Assembly: GCF_006345805.1 (NCBI RefSeq)
Contig: NC_043005.1
Span: forward strand, 84,258,001 to 84,322,000
Source: Octopus sinensis
Taxonomy: Eukaryota
Direction of reading: 5' to 3'
Length of the DNA: 64,000 bases
Positions within the stretch are counted from its first letter, which is position 1, and each line of letters begins with the position of its first letter. Made by a program: the position numbers and the translations under genes. The notes beneath the pieces were generated by a model. That model was not told the DNA's origin, ran no database searches, and worked only from the letters and a program-made list of their open reading frames with translations. Positions 13,003-24,389 of this stretch are shown piece by piece.

Positions 13003-13062
13003 TAGTCTGTGACCAATCATATTCAAATAAGATAGGCTGTGACCAATCACATTCAAACGAGA
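13003..13062 (+). repeat. 2 x 30-bp tandem repeat, each unit with a CCAAT
   Basis: tagtctgtgaccaatcatattcaaataaga / taggctgtgaccaatcacattcaaacgaga (26/30 identical). Confidence 0.85.
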
Positions 13063-13788
13063 TAAAAAAACAAAATAAAAAATCTACAACTTACCTTCCT
13101 CAAAAAGTTTCTTTGGTATACTCCTTATATTATTTGTTGTTTATATTTATATATTTATTTTGTTAAGCCTTTGTTGATAATGAAAGGTGAGAAAGAGGTA
13201 GAGTAGGGGAGAAGATGTTTCAAGCACCCCACCGTTTCACTTTGAGTATATAATGGAATAATCCACAGTGTGATATCAGATGGAATTTTGAAGACTCGTG
13301 TAAGTAAATGTCCCAATGGCACTGTAAATAACCAAATATGTCTGGAGATTTTCTGAAAATAGATCAATTATGGCAATTAGTAAAGAAGATTGAGAAAAAA
13401 TAAGCATCAACATTAATTCTTTCTAATTTGGGCACAAGGCCAGCAATTCTAAGGAATTTAACACTAACAACAGCAACATCAGTCATAGCAACATAAGAAG
13501 AAAACCCATCACAATTTAGTTTTGTGCAAAGGGACAGACATGTGTGTGTATGTGTGTGTGTGTGTGTGTATAAAATGGAAGCAATAATTACAAACTAGAC
13601 TATCACTTAATCAGCAATTCATGTCTGATGAAGTGAGTGAACAATAATAATTTTATAGCATATATTATATCTGTCTGTCTGTCTGTCTATCTGTCTCTTT
13701 CTCTCTCTCTTCGTCTCTCTCTTTTTATATATATAAAATTCAATTTTCCTCATTGAAATTATCATTATTAAGACACACACACACGGTG

Positions 13789-13940
13789 ACCTTCTTTCAG
13801 TTTCTGTCTAACAAATCCACTTAGAAGGTTTTGGTTGGCCCAAGACTATAATAGAAGATAATTGTTCAAGGTGTAATGCTGTGGAACTGAACCCTAAACC
13901 ATATGGCTGGGAAGCAAACTTCTTAACTACATAATCATGT
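13789..13940 (-). mobile_element. SINE family A, 5' half
   Basis: cttctttcagtttctgtctaacaaatccac..gggaagcaaacttcttaac. Confidence 0.8.
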
Positions 13941-14619
13941 GACACACTGGATAATGCAATCCCAGAATGCCTCATTCATTGGTTTCATCAATGAGTTCTC
14001 AATTGCTTTACTCATCTGAAGCAATTTGCTCATTAAATTAACATGAAAACTGGCTGAATATTCCTCAGACATAGTCCACCCTTATCACAATTCTCAGAAT
14101 GAATCAATGTAACAAAATAAGTGGCAGGAAATTTTCAATTCATTAATTTTTAATTAATTACAGGTGCTCTCGATTTGTTAGATATTTTATTTTACTGACC
14201 CCCGGAAGGGTAGACGATAATGTTTGACTGCAAAGGGTTTTGAACTTAGGAACAGAAAATTGTAACTAAATATAGTACTACAGCAACACTTTGATGTTGC
14301 CTCAACTGGTTCACACCATAAATAATGTGGTACTACTTTAAGAAATTAGTGTAATTAACTTTACGGTAATCTCCTTAGTATAACAAATGTAGGAGAAAAA
14401 ATAATGGGAAAAAATATTTAAAAAAAAACACTTTATCATTTTTAAGGTGAGAGAAAAGGGGGTAGAGCAAGTGAGAGAGAGAGAGAGAGGTAGAGAAAGA
14501 GAGGGGGGAGGAGACAGAGTGGGAGGGGGAGATGAAAATGTATATACATACAAAATATAGATATGCTTACACACACACACACATAAACATACATATACCA
14601 TTTTAGGTATATAAACATA

Positions 14620-14890
14620 GGCGCAGGAGTGGCTGTGTGGTAAGTAGCTTGCTTACCAGCCTCATGGTTCTGGGTTCAATCCCACTGCATAGCACCTTGG
14701 GCAAGTGTCTTCTACTATAGCCTCGGGCCAACTAAAGCCTTGTCAGTGGATTTGGTTGACGGAAACTGAAAGAAGCTCGTCGTATATATGTGTATATTTA
14801 TGTTTGTGTCGCTGTGTTTGTCTCCCCAACATCGCTTGACAACCGATTTGGCTGCAGTCAAATGACTGAAACAAGTAAAAGAATCAAAGA
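14620..14890 (+). mobile_element. SINE family A with internal deletion
   Basis: ggcgcaggagtggctgtgtggtaagtagc..; body jumps from gacaaccgat to ggctgcagtcaaatgactgaaac. Confidence 0.9.
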
Positions 14891-15091
14891 ACATACAAAC
14901 AGATAGAGCCAGAAATAACAAGAGTATATTCACAAACATACATACACATACTCAAAAATACAGATGCAGCCAAAATTAAATGCACATTCATAAGAACAAA
15001 AGATTAGTCTCAAAGGAATACAATATACATACTCTTAGATATATATATTCATAAATACACATGCCCATATTTACAAACATACACACATATA

Positions 15092-15514
15092 GGCGCAGGC
15101 ATGGCTGTGTGGTAAGAAGGTTGCTTCCCAAATACATGGTTCTGGGTTCAGTCCCACTGTGTAGTACCTTGGGAAAGTGTCTTCAACTATAGTCTTGGGA
15201 TGACCATAGCCTTTTGAGTGGATTTGGGAGATGGAAACTTAAAGAAGCCTGTTGTATGTATGTGTATATATATATATATTCTTTTACTTGTTTCAGTCAT
15301 TTGACTGTGGCCATGCTGGAGCACTGCATTTGGTCAAATAAATCAACTCCAGACTTATTCTTTGTAAGCCTAGTACTTATTCATTCAGTCTCTTTTGCCA
15401 AACTGCTAAGTTATGAAGATAATAATAATGAAACTATTGTATACAGTGCTAAACACACCAACATCAGTTGTCAAGCGATGGTGGGAGGACAAACACAGAC
15501 ACATACATACATAC

Positions 15515-15566
<52 letters not shown>

Positions 15567-15985
15567 TATACAATGGGCTTCTTTCAGTTTCCATCTACCA
15601 AATCCACTTACAAGGCTTTGGTTGGCCCGAGGCTACAGTAGAAGACACTTGCCCAAGGTGCTATGCAGTGGGATTGAACCCGGAACCATGTGGTTGGGAA
15701 GCAAGCTTCTTACAACACAGCCATGCCTGTGCCTATATATGTGTGTGTGTGTGCGATGTGTGTGTATGTATGTGTGTGTGTATGTGTGTGTGGTGTGTGT
15801 GTGTATTTGTCCCCCACCACTGCTTGGTTTGTTTATGTCCATGTAACTTAGCAGTTTGGCAAAAGAGACTGATAAAATGAGTACTAGGCTTAAAAATAGA
15901 GTACTGGGGTTGATTCTTTTGACTAAAATCTCAAGTGCTCCAGCATGGCCGCAGTCTAATGACTGAAATAAGTTAAAGCTAAAAG
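15092..15985 (+). mobile_element. SINE family A (host copy) split by a second A copy
   Basis: 5' half 15092-15255 and 3' half about 15800-15985 on +, separated by an opposite-strand A copy. Confidence 0.8.
15278..15735 (-). mobile_element. SINE family A, nested copy
   Basis: ttcttttacttgtttcagtc..cacagccatgcctgtgccta, complete on the minus strand. Confidence 0.9.
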
Positions 15986-16358
15986 ACACACATATGTAAA
16001 TTGTACTTATAAAAACACAGATTTCTACAGATATGCTTATAAATGCCCACTCACATATAAACACACACACACATTCAGATACACACATATATTCATAAAT
16101 ACACACATACATTGACATACTCATCGATAGATATACACACACAAATACACACTTATATATTAATATAAACACAAACTTATACAAACATATATCAATACAT
16201 ACACACATTAATACATACACACTTACACACACATATATATTAATACATACACACTTGCACTTACACATACATTAATACATACACACATGTTTTCACACAC
16301 ATATATTAATACATACCTACAAACAGAGATAGTCACAACTACAAGCACATACAACCAC

Positions 16359-16395
<37 letters not shown>

Positions 16396-17099
16396 AACAT
16401 ATGGACTCACAAATACAAGCATTGGGATACAAATACAAACACAAACATTCTCACAAGTGCGGGCACACATTCAAATGAGCTTACATACTCACACAAGCAC
16501 ACACACATACAGACTCACAATCACATACACACACACACACACACATCTCATAGATATACTCAACCACAAAAATATACATATAAAAGCCATGCATACTCAC
16601 ATACACGAATATGCTTTTTGCATGCATAGACGTATTGTAGAAAATAGTAGGAAGACCTCGGCCATAGAATAAATCAACAAAGCAGTAAATGTGTGGCAGG
16701 AAGGGGGATGTCAACAAATGGGGGAAAAGAAGGAGTAATAGTGGGAGTAGATGCTGCTGTTAAGGAAGTGATGCAAGGAGGGGGGAGCAGTTGATTGGAG
16801 GGGTAGTAGTGAGAGTATGTGTTGCTGTTAAGGGAGTGATGTAAAAGGAAGGGGAGTGGACTGGAAGGGTGGAGGAGGGAGAAGGTCTGGTGCCAGCAAG
16901 TGATGGTGGAAGATGGGAGCAAGGATGGCGGTGGTGGTGGAGGTTGGGCAAGAGAAAGAAACTTGAAGAATTGGTAAAAAGGTATTGGAAGGGGGAAGTG
17001 AAAAATGGTGTTGTTTTTGGTGAAAGATGATGCTTAGAAGTCTCATTAGTTAGGAAGGAACTTAACACTTTCCCCACAATGGATTGATAGACAAACAGC

Positions 17100-17161
17100 C
17101 AGATAGCTAGATGAACAGATAGATAGATAGATAGATAGATAGTCAGATAGATAAATAGATG

Positions 17162-17192
<31 letters not shown>

Positions 17193-17200
17193 GGATAGAT
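17100..17200. repeat. (GATA)n microsatellite
   Basis: Direct reading. Confidence 0.95.
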
Positions 17201-17204
17201 GGTA

Positions 17205-17365
17205 AGATGGCTGTGTAGTAAGAAGATTGCTTCCCAACCACATGGTTCCGGGTTCAATCCCACTGCATAGCACCTTGGGCAAATGTCTTCTACTATAGCC
17301 TCGGGCCAACCAAAGCCTTGTAAGTGGATTTGGTAGATGGAAACTGAAAGAAGCCCGTCGTATAG
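17205..17365 (+). mobile_element. SINE family A, 5' half
   Basis: gatggctgtgtagtaagaag..gaaagaagcccgtcgtata. Confidence 0.88.
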
Positions 17366-17403
17366 ATAGATGGATAGACACACAGATAGATAGATAGATA
17401 TAT

Positions 17404-18728
17404 GTTTCTTTATTGGCCATGCAATGCTGAACACAGAAGGGACAAAATACTAAGTAGAGCTTTTCTTTTTGGGAAGAGAAGAAGGAAAAAGAAGTGGGGA
17501 GTAGAAATTCGATCAAAAGGGATTGTAAAAAAAAAGGCTGAACAATAGGGATCGTGTATCACAGAGATGTCATAATGTAAAAAGGGGAAACAGATTAGGT
17601 TTATCTGTGGAAAGAAAAGCCAACTGAAAAGACCACTTTAACCTCGGGCAATAATGTCATGAAAAAAATAACACATTACAGTGACTCTTCTTTCCTTCTT
17701 TTTTTTTGGTTCATAGGATTATGCTCAAGCTGGCTCCGTCATTCACACATGCCATCCTTGCTACATTCACCCATCTTTTTTTGAAACATTCACTAGACAA
17801 AACTTCCCTCTATTCTCATCTTCTTTTTCAATTGATACTTGAAGAAGAGAGAGGAAAGTGTTTGTCTCTAGACCTTTCAGATGCGTCCACCATACACATC
17901 CTTTCGCCATAGCAACAAGTATGATGAAAATGGCTCTTCCTTCTCATTTCAAGGAAGGATGCACGACAATATTCAAGATAGACTCGGTTGATAAACTGAC
18001 TTGTCCCACACGCGACAGCAGTCGTTTGACATAGGCCCACGGTTCGTAAATGGTTGGACACTGTATGAGTGCATGTAGAATGGTTTCATTGCTCTGATCA
18101 CATCTTGGGCAGGTCGGTCCTGTATTTCTCGAGCCATGCCTGTAGAGCTTATCCCGAACGGGTAGCACTTCTCGATAGCACTGCCAGGCCAGGGATCTCT
18201 GGAAGTTGTCCATAGGTCCTGACCTGAAAGTCTTCTTGAACAGGAGGGTCAGGTATTCCTCGTCAATGCCCAGGTTCACCCCGAGGTGATCGTTGTACCT
18301 CCCCTCCACTAATCCCCTATAGAATGCTTTGGTTGTGTTGAAGTCGCTCAAGGTTGACCCAGAATGGCATAGTTGCTTTAGAGCAACGCGACACTTGCAG
18401 TACCATTCACCCTTCCTTGGCCTCTTTTTGATCCACGACTGCAGTTCAGTCATGGAGATGAGCTGCGAGAAAGTGCACCTCACAAACAGCGACCACACCT
18501 GTTCACCATTGTCTACAAAGAGCCAGAAATGTCGCATTCTCAACACGTGTCTGTGCATCATCAACCACGGCATGCCTAGCTCTCCTTTTAACAAGTGTTG
18601 GCAGCAAACAAATTGCCTGACCATCAGAACACATCCTTTCCACAAGAAGTGGAAGGGAATGCATTCTAGTTTGGTGATGGTAGGGTTGGGACAAGGCACG
18701 GCGGTCAAGCAGTAGTAGGTGGGTGTCA
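17404..18728 (-). mobile_element. 5'-truncated non-LTR retrotransposon, Tx1/L1 clade (ORF2 C-terminus plus 3' UTR)
   Basis: ORF 17944-18729 has KGELGMP, LAWQCYREVLPVRDKL and a zf-RVT-type CPRCxxxxETILHALIQC. By eye, reading continues through a TGA and a frameshift to FFKYQLKKKMRIERE..LSIIL* (stop about 17711). The 3' end reads ..gcatggccaataaagaaac. Confidence 0.88.
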
Positions 18729-18729
18729 A
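17711..18729 (-). pseudogene. Tx1/L1-like ORF2 C-terminal fragment (RT-associated zinc-binding domain), disrupted
   Basis: 261-aa ORF, then an in-frame stop and a frameshift before the natural end. Confidence 0.82.
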
Positions 18730-19555
18730 GAGTTTGGTAGATTACATCCTGGCATCGCAATATATTGTCATCAAATCTCTAGTCCAATGGTTTCTCAATG
18801 GGTAGGTAGGTAGGTAGGTAGATAAATAAGTTTCTTTATTGGCCACACAGGGCTGCACACAGATGGGACAGAGATAGATGGATAGATAGATATAGGCAAA
18901 TAGATAGATAGATGTATGTGTTTGTGAGTATGTATGTGTTTGTGTGTGTGTGCGTTTGTATCCCAATGCTTGTATGAGTGTATTTGTGAGTACATATGTT
19001 AGTGTGTGTGTGTGTGTGTGTATGTGCTTGTGCTTGTGACTATCTCTGTTTGTAAGTATGTATTAATATATGTGTGTGTAAAGAGAGAGAGAGAGAGAAA
19101 GAGAGAGAGAGGTAGATACTCAAGTTCATTGATAAATAGATAAAGATAGGTAGATAGATTGATAGATAGAAAGAAAGAGAGATCAGCAGCAACAATAATT
19201 ACTACAACAACAACAACTACAAGACCACAGCTATGAACAGTACGACAACAACAACCAAATACAGAAACAATAACAACAGCAGCAACACCCTCACTATGAA
19301 CAGCAGCAATAGCAATGATAAAACCAACAAAAACAACATCAGCCCTGTGAATATTGCCAAGTACATCATTAACTTTGCAGTGCTGGGGTTCAATGCCTCC
19401 TGCAGCTGAGAGAGAGAGAGGGGGAAAGAGAGAGGGAGAGGGGGATGAGAGAGAGAGGGGGGCAAAGAGAGAGGAGAGGGGGAGAGAGAAACCATTGGAC
19501 TAGAGATTTGATGACAATATATTGTGATGCCAGGATGTAATCTACCAAACTCTTG
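18727..19555. repeat. 70-bp inverted repeat pair (18727-18796 / 19486-19555)
   Basis: Reverse-complement match with one mismatch (gcg/gtg). Confidence 0.92.
18826..18870 (-). mobile_element. Stub of the same Tx1-like LINE 3' end
   Basis: gtttctttattggccacacagggctgcacacagatgggaca aligns with 17404-17445; abuts (TAGG)n. Confidence 0.75.
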
Positions 19556-19659
19556 GCACTTTGTCCAGCAGTACCCAATTAATTTAACTGATTCTCAGTG
19601 TTTCAAGAACCCTATTAATTTAAGTACCCACTTTCATATATATATATATATATGCATAT

Positions 19660-19730
<71 letters not shown>

Positions 19731-19904
19731 TTGTGTGTGTTTATAACAGGAAGGGTTGAAAATGCAGTAAATTCATATATATATATATAGAGTGAGCCAT
19801 ATAGTGACCACTCTCTTATATTTATTTTATATATATATATATATATATTTATGTATCAATAGATAAATAGTAAAAGATAGATTGAATAACATTCTTTAAT
19901 TAAA

Positions 19905-20020
19905 ATCACTACAATTGTTTCAGTATTTTTACACTTGTATTACATTGGTGAAATGATATAGTCAGTGTTGGGTAATCACAATCCTCTATCAAAGCTGTAA
20001 GAGGCATTTCTTCAGGTGGT
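19905..20020 (-). ncRNA. Hammerhead-like motif with an 87-nt domain II
   Basis: accac-CTGAAGA-(87 nt)-GAA-ACAATTGT-A|gtgat; palindromic stem III, GUA triplet, stem I 4/5 paired. Confidence 0.5.
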
Positions 20021-20146
20021 TGTTTGCTCATACTATCATTTCACTCAGTCTGGGAACTGTGGATGTGCTTTGCATAGCATACTTCAAGGTTTTACCCAAA
20101 TCGTATTTAATTAATTAATTAACTGCTCGCCCACCCATTCTGATTT

Positions 20147-20184
20147 CCAGTACTTAGAGTTACTCATTTCCCATCATCAGCTGG
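20147..20184 (-). other. Deleted hammerhead remnant
   Basis: ccag-CTGATGA-tgggaaatgagtaactctaa-GTA|ctgg: stem I, core and triplet present; GAAA lost. Confidence 0.4.
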
Positions 20185-20359
20185 TAAATCAAGACTGGTT
20201 TGAATATTTTTTGAAATATGAAATTTAACCCTTATCCTGCTTCAAGCTCTCACTTTTTATTTCATTTTGGTGCCTTTCAGTTAAAATATATTAAAGAATG
20301 CTTTACATTTGTATTAACCCAGTAATGACTGAATTGCTTCTGATAAATCAACAGATATA

Positions 20360-20397
<38 letters not shown>

Positions 20398-20400
20398 ATT

Positions 20401-20429
<29 letters not shown>

Positions 20430-20431
<2 letters not shown>

Positions 20432-20720
20432 CGTATATTAAAGTGCTACTAATAGTTTCATATGTTGAGAAATATCTCAAATATATTTTTCAGGTGTAAA
20501 CGAACTAAAAGATTGAATAAATAGAAGAAACACAATGAAGCTAAGAAAGCAGCACATAGAAAATGCAGACAGTAAACAACGGAAAATGAAACAAAAGTGT
20601 CAAAAGGTAAAAAGTGCTACACTCCTTAGGCCTTAAATGAGAAGGCTGGAATGATATCAAGGCAGTCAGGAATAAGGGGGATTTTCCACTTCTTCAGAAT
20701 ATATTTATACATATTAATCA
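20430..20720 (-). mobile_element. Inverted terminal (pseudo-LTR) copy of the Penelope-like element
   Basis: Reverse complement aligns with about 21420-21745 (encodes MYKYILKKWKIPLIPD vs MYQYILKNWKILPIPD, then the shared 3' UTR). Confidence 0.85.
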
Positions 20721-20729
20721 AAATATTAG

Positions 20730-21745
20730 TAATAGATCTAGTGGCACTAAAGATAAAGTAATACCTTATTACTCTAGTACTAATCATGATAATAAGAAAC
20801 CAAAAAATAGGCCAAGGAAAATAATTTGGTTTGCCCTTCCCTTTTCCCTTAATATAAAAACTAACATTGGTAAAAGATTCCTGTCTCTCCCAGACAAACA
20901 CCAGCTGCTCACAGATACAGGAAAATATTTTATAGGCGTTCTGTGAAATTATTATATAGCTGCTGCCAAAATATGAAGAGTATCATTACACATGGTCAAC
21001 ACCAAGAGCCTAAATCCAGCTGCAACTGTTGCAACCCAGGATCGTGTCCACTTGACTAACGATGTAAGAGTAAATCTATCATATATAACGCAGAGGTTAC
21101 TGCAACCCTAAATAATAATACAACTGATAAGAAGACCTATATTGGATTATGTGAAGGAGAATTTAAAAATCTCTATGCCAATCACATAGACAAAGGGACA
21201 AAAATAAAGCTAGTAAGTTAGCTAGCTACATATGGACTTTGAAAGATAATGAAACACTGCACGTGATTAAATGGAAAATAATTAAGAAATCCATATTTTA
21301 TGTGAATGGATCGAATAAATGTAGACTTTGTTTGGCTGAAAGAGCGCAGATCCTGTTCAGATCTAAGATCCCTAAATCTCTATTGAACTCCAGGTCAGAA
21401 ATTTTCAGTAGTTGCATACATATGTATCAATATATTCTGAAGAATTGGAAAATTCTGCCTATCCCTGACTGACTTGATATCTTTCCAGCCTTCCCATTTA
21501 AGGTCTGAGGAGGATAGCCCTTTCAGGCACTTTAGTTTTGTTTACTGTTTTTCGTTTTCCATTTTTCATTTTCTGTTTTTTTTTCTTTTTCGTTGTTTCC
21601 TGTCTATGTTTTCTATCTGCTGCCTTCTCAGCTTCATCGCGTTTCTTCTATTTATTCAATTTTTTAGTTCGTTATATGTGGTTTGCACCTGAAGAATATG
21701 TTTGAGTTCTCTCAACATATGAAACTATTAGTAACACTTTAATAC
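20730..21745 (+). mobile_element. Penelope-like element 3' part (RT-thumb/linker plus GIY-YIG endonuclease plus 3' UTR), decayed
   Basis: By-eye translation: KNRPRKIIWFALPFSLNIKTNIGKRF..KIFYRRSVKLLYSCCQNMKSII..CNCCNPGSCPLD*RCKSKSIIYNAEV..KKTYIGLCEGEFK..YIWTLKDNE..IKWKII..CRLCLAE..LLNSRSEIFSSCIH; stops and frameshifts present. Confidence 0.88.
21685..21735 (+). ncRNA. Hammerhead core in the Penelope 3' end (stem I imperfect)
   Basis: CTGAAGA-atatgtttgag-ttct-ctcaacatat-GAA-ACT-att-AGT-A; the mirror copy at 20443-20497 has a core lesion (CTGAAAA). Confidence 0.55.
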
Positions 21746-21909
21746 CTGTATTGTGACCTTTGAAAAATATTATTTATCTCTTACCACATGGAATACTTTA
21801 GTACTTTTTTCGTAGAATTTTCTATCACAGACCAGTACATTATATACACACACACACATATATATACATATATATGTATATACACACACACACACATATA
21901 TATATATAT

Positions 21910-21954
<45 letters not shown>

Positions 21955-22291
21955 CATATATATATATATATATATACATACACATACATATATACACAGA
22001 CATATATTTGAATAAAACAAATTTTATTTTTTTAATGGCGGAGGTAATATTTCTATCACTCACACACAAACACACACACACACATATATATAAATATAAG
22101 ATTCAACGATTAAGGTGTAGGATGAAAGTTAGAATCAAGCAATCTGTAGTAAATATATAAAACAACTTTCAGGGACAAAAGTGGTTTATTGAGATGGAAG
22201 GTTGTGGATTTTCTCCTTATTGAAATATGATAAACTGAAAAAAGTTCTTTTTATATTCCGCGGCAGGCAACCGGGTGTGCGAATAAGAATA

Positions 22292-22519
22292 TATTTCTTT
22301 ACTGCCCACAAGGGGCTAAACATAGAGGGGACAAACAAGGACAGACAAAGAGATTAATTCGATTACATCGACCCCAGTGTGAAACTGGTACTTTATTTAT
22401 CGACCCCGAAAGGATGAAAGGCAAAGTCGACCTCGGCAGAATTTGAACTTGGAACGTAACGACAGCTGAATTACCGCTAAGCATTTCGCCCGGCATGCTA
22501 ACGTGTCTGCCAGCTTGCC
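22292..22519 (-). mobile_element. SINE family B (tail type 1) with 16-bp TSD
   Basis: tgtgcgaataagaata at 22276-22291 and 22520-22535. Confidence 0.95.
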
Positions 22520-22704
22520 TGTGCGAATAAGAATACAAGAATTAAGGAATGGAGGAAATAAGATATGGGCTACATATGTTTCATAGCGAGTGGAACCTCA
22601 GAAGTGGTAAATATGCAGGCGAGGTGTACATCAAAGGCTACTCTTCAGGTCAAGGAGGTCCATGTTAACGCATGGAGGATTTGATCAGAATGTGCGTGTA
22701 TATA

Positions 22705-22922
22705 TGGCAGGAATGTTAGCACGCGGGGCGAAATGCATAGCTGTATTTCGTCTGCCGTTATGCTCTGAGTTCAAATTCCGCCGAGGTCGACTTTGCCTTT
22801 CATCCTTTCAGGGTCGATAAATTAAGTACCAGTTATGCACTGGGGTCGACGTAATCGACTTAATCCGTTTGTCTGTCCTTGTTTGTCTCCTCTGTGTTTA
22901 GCCCTTTGTGGGTAGTAAAGAA

Positions 22923-22925
<3 letters not shown>
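22705..22925 (+). mobile_element. SINE family B (tail type 1)
   Basis: CpG-rich body; tail gtttagccctttgtgggtagtaaagaaata. Confidence 0.93.
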
Positions 22926-22955
<30 letters not shown>

Positions 22956-23219
22956 ATAGCTAAATCGCAAATGGAGATGGATTGCTATAATTTTTTCGGG
23001 TGGAACCACTGAAAATTTCACTCTGTTGTGCATGAAACTTAAGGTAATGTCAAAAGCTGACGTATAAAGAAGTCACTCATTCCCCAATTTAGTGGGTGGT
23101 GAGTGCTTGCTCTCATTGTTCAGGACTAATGGGTGTGTATATGTGTATCTGAAATAGTATATGTTCCATAATATGTATATTTGTATGAAGGTGACGTTTA
23201 GATTATAGTTTTGAAAAGG

Positions 23220-23560
23220 TGTGTATATACATACACACACACATTTACACATACATACATAAATACACACACACACATACATACATGCACACATACATAC
23301 ATACATACATACATACGTATATCCATCCATACATACATACATACATACGTACATCCATCCATACGTACATACATACATACATACGTACACCCATCCATCC
23401 ATCCATACATACATACATACGTACATCCATCCATCCATCCATACATACATACATATATCATCATTTCAACGTCCATAATGAGGGTGATATATATACATGT
23501 GTATAGTAGAACACACACATACACACACACACACACACACATGTACACATATACACACAT
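23220..23560. repeat. Compound (CA)/(CATA)/(CATC) microsatellite
   Basis: Direct reading. Confidence 0.95.
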
Positions 23561-23889
23561 TGCCACACCTATTGTCTACAACACCTAATTTACTCAAACA
23601 TATTCTTCGTTATTGTTGTTGTTGTTGTTCATATTACTCCACTTATATTGTTTGTCCCTGTAAGTAGTATTAGTGGTGGTGGTCATGGTGGTAATGGTGG
23701 AAACAGTGGTGCTGAAGTGCTTCATTATTTTTATTTGCTGTTGTTTTTGTTTTCACCTTCTTGACTCATTTTTTTTTGGTCTATTGTCTTATTCTGTTAC
23801 TTAAAATATTGCTCTGATTCTGATTGCTGCTGCTGCTACTCTTGTTCTCATCCCCAGTGTCCTTGTTGGCTGTTATTATTAAGGTAGTC

Positions 23890-24090
23890 AGTGGGTGGAA
23901 TTGTTCGTACACTGAGCAAGATGCTTACCAGCGTTTCATCCATCTTTACATTCTGAGTTCCAATTCCACTGAGGTTGACTTCGCCCTTCATCCATTTGGG
24001 GTTGATGAAATAAGCACCTGTTGAGTACCAGGATTGATGTAATCAACTTACCCCTCCCCCTAAAACTACTGGCTTTGTGCCATAGTTTTA
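23890..24090 (+). mobile_element. SINE family B (tail type 2), diverged
   Basis: ttctgagttccaattccactgaggttgacttcgcccttcatcc..ggctttgtgcc. Confidence 0.75.
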
Positions 24091-24095
24091 AACAA

Positions 24096-24132
<37 letters not shown>

Positions 24133-24159
24133 GTTTTGTTGAGGCCGATGCCAGTACCT

Positions 24160-24389
24160 ATTTCTTTATTACCCACAAGGGGCTAAACATAGAGGGGACA
24201 AACAAAGAGAGACATAGGTATTAAGTCGATTACATCGACCCCAGTGCGTAACTGGTACTTAATTTATCGACCCCAAAAGGATGAAAGGCAAAGTCGACCT
24301 CGGCGGAATTTGAACTCGGAACGTAACGGCAGACGAAATACCTCTATGCATTCCGCCCGACGTGCTAACATTTCTGCCAGCTCGCCGCC
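24160..24389 (-). mobile_element. SINE family B (tail type 1), young, inserted in a C copy
   Basis: CpGs intact (gtcgacctcggcggaatttgaactcggaacg); C sequence on both flanks. Confidence 0.93.

Noticed and set aside
19217-19400. Asn/Thr/Ser-rich or Leu-rich reading frames
   Set aside because: Derived from a decayed (CAA/CAG)n tract.
21021-21472. Selenocysteine recoding, as reported for some Naiad PLEs
   Set aside because: The conserved Cys positions are TGC/TGT; the internal stops are TAA/TAG and look like decay.
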